Below are positions 59,571 through 64,000 of a stretch of DNA of 64,000 nt, piece after piece. The notes below the pieces were generated by a model. That model searched no databases. It saw only the letters and a program-made list of their open reading frames with translations, and was not told where the DNA came from. Both the position numbers and the translations under genes were made by a program. The stretch lies in the NCBI GenBank assembly GCA_025558095.1, contig JAIVFI010000015.1, positions 682,001-746,000 of the forward strand, written 5' to 3'. How positions within the stretch are numbered: position 1 is the first letter of the stretch; each line of letters begins with the position of its first letter. This stretch comes from Hyaloraphidium curvatum SAG 235-1. Lineage: Eukaryota; Fungi; Monoblepharomycota.

Positions 59571-62079
59571 TCCATGCTCCGGCCGCTCCTCACGGATCAA
59601 ATCCTCGTCCCTCTGCTCAAGCCGGAGGGGGGGCTCCGGCCGATTGGCATTATGGAGGGCATCACGCGGCTCGCGGGCTCGTACCTGGCCGTGCGGCACA
59701 AGGCTCTTCTGAGGAAGCTCCAACAGCAGGAGGACCTGGGTCACGGGGTGGACGGGGGCGCGGAGGCGACCGCCCACGCGGTGAACGCGTGGCTGGCGGC
59801 CTTCCCCGACCACGTCGTCATGAAGGTCGACTCTAGGAACGCCTTCAATACGCTGCGCCGCCTCTTCGCGCGCGAGGTGGTCCGCCAGGTGCCTCAGCTT
59901 ATCCCGTACTACAACCTCGTTTACTCGCGCCCTTCCCACGCCTACTTCCGCGACCGGCGCTCGGCGGAGCTCCTTTTCCGGATCACCATGTACGAGGGCA
60001 ACATCCAGGGCGACCCGCTGTCGTCTGCCATCTTCTCCTGCGCCATGAGCCGCATGCTGCGGCCCATCCGCTCTGGGCACCCCGACTGCCTCATCCTTGG
60101 GTACCTCGACGACCTCACCGTGGTCGGGCCGCTGGACTCGGTCATGGCCGTCCTGGGAGAGGTGCGTGACGGCCTTTCTTCCCTCGGCATGACCCACCGC
60201 CCGGACAAGAGCTACCTGCTTTCGCTCTCGACGAACCCGGCCGTGCTGGAGCGGGTGCGCGCGGCCGGTGCGGCCCACAACATCCGCGTCGCTGGCTTCC
60301 CGCCTCACGAGGCCGACCCCGAGGTGCATGCCACGGCGTCGGCCCCGGGCTCGCCTGACTTCGCTCGCTCGTGCGGCCTCAAGGTGGTAGGTGCCCCGGT
60401 CGGCACCCCTGCCTATGTGGAGTCGTTCCTCGCGGCCAAGATCGACTCCATTGCCGCTCTTCTCGATGAAATCGAGCGCGCCGCGCTCGGCTACGCCATG
60501 CCGGCCGACATCCCCTCCCTCCAGGGCCTGTACTCCCTCCTCCGTCTCTGTGTGACCCAGCTCTTCTCGTTTTGGCTCCGCATTCTCCCCCCCTCGGTTA
60601 CCCAACCCTTTGCTCGACGTCTTGACAACGCGCTTTTCACCACCTTCTTGCGCTTGCTGGGAGATCGGGCCGAGGATCTGGATCCGCTGTCGGTGGAGGG
60701 TCGGACTGTGCGGGAGCAGGTATTCTTGGGTCTGCACTACTCGGGGATGGGGCTTCTGTCATCGGAGAAGGTGGCCTCGGCGGCTTACCTGTCTTCACTC
60801 AACCTCACGGCGGGCCCCTTGGACGCCATGCTTGGTCTTCGAACCTCGGCCCGGGGTGTGGGCGTGGAGCACGTGCGGGAACTGGTTCCCGTCATCGAGG
60901 CCCTCCGCCCCGCCTTTGAGCGTGTCGAGGATGACACGGCCGCAGCGTACGCCGAGGCTGCGCGTGCTGGGCAACCGGTGGGCGCCGCGCCCGCCCGCCG
61001 TACGCTCCCTGCGGACGCCAGTTTCTTCGCTCAGCCGGTCTGCTGGCACGGCCTGCAGAGCGACCTTACGCGTCTCGAGGACCAGCGCCGCCTCGCGGCT
61101 CTGATTGCCTTGCAACCCGACACTTCCGCTGGTCTGGAGCGCCGCAAGCGGCTCGTCCAGGCGCAGGACGGCCTGTCGGCTTTCCTGACTGCCTCTCCCG
61201 CGCTGCTTGCCAACCACATTCGCAACAACTTTTTCCGCTTACTTGTACGCTTCCGGCTTTGCCTCCCGCTCCTGCACGAGGCCGACTACCCTGGTCTTTC
61301 CTTGCCCTGCCGGCGGGGCTGCAAGCGATCGGCCATGTCGCTGACGGGGGAGCACGCGTTCTCGGGCTGCTATGGCCAGGATCTCTTCAGTCCTGGTCAC
61401 GACGACATTTGCGCGGCCATCCGCGCGGCGCTTCGCTCCATCCCGCTCCTCCGCGTGCACCCCATGCCGCCAAACCTCCTTGCGCATGGCTACGAGACTG
61501 TCACCCCGCCCACGCCTGCGGATGCTGGCCGCCTTGGCGACGTTCTCATCACGCACCGCGAAACCCGGAAACGGTGGTTGCTCGAGATCAAGACCCTCAC
61601 CTCTATGGCCCATTTGCACACGGGCCTGGTCTTCTCGGTCCCGGGCCACGCAGTCGAACGGCGGGTCGAGGCCGCCAGGAAGGACTACTCCCGTTTCGTC
61701 TTCAACGCCAACTTCTACCCTCTGATCGTGCTTGCTTTTGATTCGTACAGCGCTGTCTCTGCCACTTTCTCGCGCTTCTCCTCGGAGATGGGGCGCATCC
61801 AGTATCCCGGGATCGTCGGCCGCGATGGGCAGCCCGTGGACCTCGATGGCCTTTACTCTCGTTTTGTGCGGCGCTTCCGCGAACGGATCGCGGTGGCCTG
61901 GGCTCTTGGCGTCGCGGCCCAACTCCAACACTGGCTTCAGCTGTGCACCGAAGCCGCCGCTGTCAACGCTCCGGCCCCCGCGCCGGTCGCTTTTGGTTTG
62001 AATGTAGATGAGGAGCTGATTCTTGGGGCGTAGGGGGATTTCTAAGTGTACGGTGGGATTGCTAGCTCCTCATTACACA
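59571..62079 (+). mobile_element. 5'-truncated CRE-like non-LTR retrotransposon (RT + CCHC + RLE)
   Basis: Uninterrupted frame to 62033: LLKPEGGLRPIGI, DSRNAFNT, IQGDPLS, YLDDL, VVGAPVG, CRRGC..EHAFSGC, HDDI, GDVLI..LLEIK; short 3' UTR; flanked by an 11-bp direct repeat. Confidence 0.93.
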
Positions 62080-62090
62080 CTCGAATACAC
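62080..62090 (+). repeat. Right target-site duplication CTCGAATACAC
   Basis: Identical 11-mer at 59560-59570. Confidence 0.8.
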
Positions 62091-62233
62091 ACTCTCGAAT
62101 GCAGCATCGCCGCCCGGGGCCCGCAAGAAGTACCGGGAATCTTCGGCGCACGCATACTGGAGGAGCACTGCCTAGCCGATCCCGCCTGCCCGCGCGGGGA
62201 GCGCCACATGACATCACACGTACGTGGCACCAA

Positions 62234-63466
62234 TCATTCGACGATCACGCCAATCTGACTCGTGACTGACTCCGCGTCCCGACCCACCTCCCGCCGGTAA
62301 ATCTCCGGATCCGTCGCTCCCTCGGTTCCAATCAGCAGCACCCTCGACCCCCCGCCGAGCCCCAGCTTGGTCCGCATGTCCTCCCTCGCCGCGACCGCCG
62401 CCAGCGCGCCGACCGCCCCGCCGCTGCACTCCCCGCCCACGACGGGCAGGTCCCCCCGCAACGGGTCCGCGAGCTTGCGCATGCCGAGCAGGGCCAGCTC
62501 GTCGGGGATCGCGAGGGCGGCGTCGGTGCCGGTGGCGAGCACATCCCACGCGAGATCGGACACCTCGCCGCAGGAGAGGCCGGCCATCACGGTCTCCAGA
62601 TCCCCGGTCAGATCGATGCGGCGGCCGGCGGCGATGCTCTCCTGCACGCAGTTGGCCCTCAGCGGTTCCAGCGTGGCGAAGAAGGGACGCTGGTGGGCCC
62701 AGCGCCGCCAGAACACCGCGCAGACGGCGCTCGCCAGCCCGCCGACGCCGGCCTGCACCAGCACGTGCGTGGGCGGCGGGCCGGTCCAGGCATCGCAGAT
62801 CTCGTGGGCGAGCACGCCGTACCCGCAGGTGATGTCCGCGGGCACCTCGCGGTACTCGCCTGCCGCGGTGTCCTGCACGACGAGCCAGCCGTGGGAAGAG
62901 GCCTCGCGGAAGCAGTGCCGCACGCTGTCGTCGTAGCCGCCGGAGACGCGGATGACCTGCGCGCCGTAGGAGGCGATGGCGGCGCGGCGGCCCTCGCTGA
63001 CGGTCTCGTGGATGAAGATGACGGCGCGGCAGCCAAAGAGGCGCGCTCCCCAGGCGACTGCTCTACCGTGGTTTCCGTCCGTCGCCGATGTAACGGTCAC
63101 GCTCTTGATCGCCTCCGCGTAGCGACCGGCAGCGAGCTCCGCCGAAGACGCGTCTTCCGCTACGCCAAGTTCGCGCACTCTGCGCGTCAGAGCCCGCGCA
63201 ACCGCGTACGCGCCACCGAGGGCCTTGAAGCTGCCGAGCCCGAATCGCCCGGCCTCGTCCTTGTAGCGAATCGAAGAGAACCCGAGCTCCGCGGCAAGGC
63301 CGGGGAGGGAGACGAGCGGCGTCGGCGCGTAGCCGGGCCAGGAGGCGATTTCGGCACGGGCCGCGTCGAACCCTGCGGAATCCAGGAGCGGGATGAGCTC
63401 TGCCGGATAGGAAGCATGGCGCGGCGCGGCGCCGGCGTTGAGGACGAGCGTGACGCGTTCGGCCAT
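62234..63466 (-). CDS. dpaL: Diaminopropionate ammonia-lyase (PLP fold II), intronless
   Basis: PGYAPTPL, KDEAGRFGLGSFKALGG, ATDGNHGRAVAWG, VVQDTA, QAGVGG, TVMAGLSCGE, TEGATDP. Confidence 0.9.
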   Translation of the reverse strand: MAERVTLVLNAGAAPRHASYPAELIPLLDSAGFDAARAEIASWPGYAPTPLVSLPGLAAELGFSSIRYKDEAGRFGLGSFKALGGAYAVARALTRRVRELGVAEDASSAELAAGRYAEAIKSVTVTSATDGNHGRAVAWGARLFGCRAVIFIHETVSEGRRAAIASYGAQVIRVSGGYDDSVRHCFREASSHGWLVVQDTAAGEYREVPADITCGYGVLAHEICDAWTGPPPTHVLVQAGVGGLASAVCAVFWRRWAHQRPFFATLEPLRANCVQESIAAGRRIDLTGDLETVMAGLSCGEVSDLAWDVLATGTDAALAIPDELALLGMRKLADPLRGDLPVVGGECSGGAVGALAAVAAREDMRTKLGLGGGSRVLLIGTEGATDPEIYRREVGRDAESVTSQIGVIVE

Positions 63467-63719
63467 GTCGCGAGTCAACGTCCGATCGATGCCGATCAGG
63501 GTTACGCCCGGCGTCGATCCGGACGCGTTCAAAGGCCCGCGAGAGCGGAGATCTCCGTGTCATGCTCCGTCTTGTTGTGCCGGGTTCGGCTGGCAATGCA
63601 GTACAACTGCTGTGCTTGTGGCCGGACGGCCTGATGACTTATTGCACCCTCGCGGTTCCAACGAAGTTTCCACGACGCTGCCTCCCGCCGTCGTCTGCCA
63701 GTCCATCGCCCGGCCCACG

Positions 63720-64000
63720 ATGCCCGCCTTTCCCTCCAAGCTCGACGAAACGCTCTCCTGCCTGCGGGCCGTGGCCCCGGGCGACGGCGGCCCGCCGGTC
63801 CTCTTTCGCGGCACGCTGCCCGCGGAGTGGGTCGTCCCCGCGTCGGGCCGCATCTACGGCGCGTTCCTCATCGGCGTCACGCTCGAGTGCATTTTGGAGC
63901 ACGCGGCGGCCGGGCCGGGGAACCTCCGCGACCCCGTCTCCCTGCACGCGCAGTTCATCGGAGCGGGCTCGCCCGAGCCCGTGGAGGTCGAGGTTTTCGA
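63720..64000 (+). CDS. Hot-dog-fold thioesterase-like protein, 5' part only
   Basis: MPAFPSKLDETL...FRGTLPAEWVVP..IYGAFLIG...DPVSLHAQFIGAGSPEPVEVEV; open to the window end. Confidence 0.7.
   Translation, partial: MPAFPSKLDETLSCLRAVAPGDGGPPVLFRGTLPAEWVVPASGRIYGAFLIGVTLECILEHAAAGPGNLRDPVSLHAQFIGAGSPEPVEVEVF

Overview
High-GC, gene-dense eukaryotic DNA with many short (about 50-90 nt) GT-AG introns and CTGAC/CTGAT branch points, so most real genes are split across the ORF track. Gene content points to an early-diverging (zoosporic-lineage) fungus, plausibly a monoblepharid such as Hyaloraphidium or Gonapodya; this is inference only. About 36 genes or gene fragments can be reconstructed by hand. 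Main observations: (1) a glutaredoxin-fused, animal-type thioredoxin/glutathione reductase whose last exon reads GGT-TGC-TGA-GGA-TAA (Gly-Cys-Sec-Gly-stop), with a well-formed SECIS element about 150 nt downstream and a strong hairpin starting 6 nt after the UGA, i.e. a selenoprotein with its recoding signals; (2) an interspersed array of four paralogous CAMK-like kinases (DFN/DFD/DFA/DFG variants) and three Pho80/Pcl-like cyclin-fold genes, one of which is not recognisable in the ORF track; (3) an intronless 7-TM protein with insect Gr/Or-like (7TMIC) topology, lying between a truncated F-box gene with a (TTAGG)n array and an orphan coding fragment; (4) a bacteriorhodopsin-like DTD proton-pump rhodopsin; (5) a secreted EGF-EGF-CBM14 protein; (6) a 5'-truncated CRE-like RLE retrotransposon with an 11-bp target-site duplication, plus a relic of a related family; (7) several bacterial-type enzymes. 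All gene models and family calls come from manual splicing and motif recognition, not database searches.
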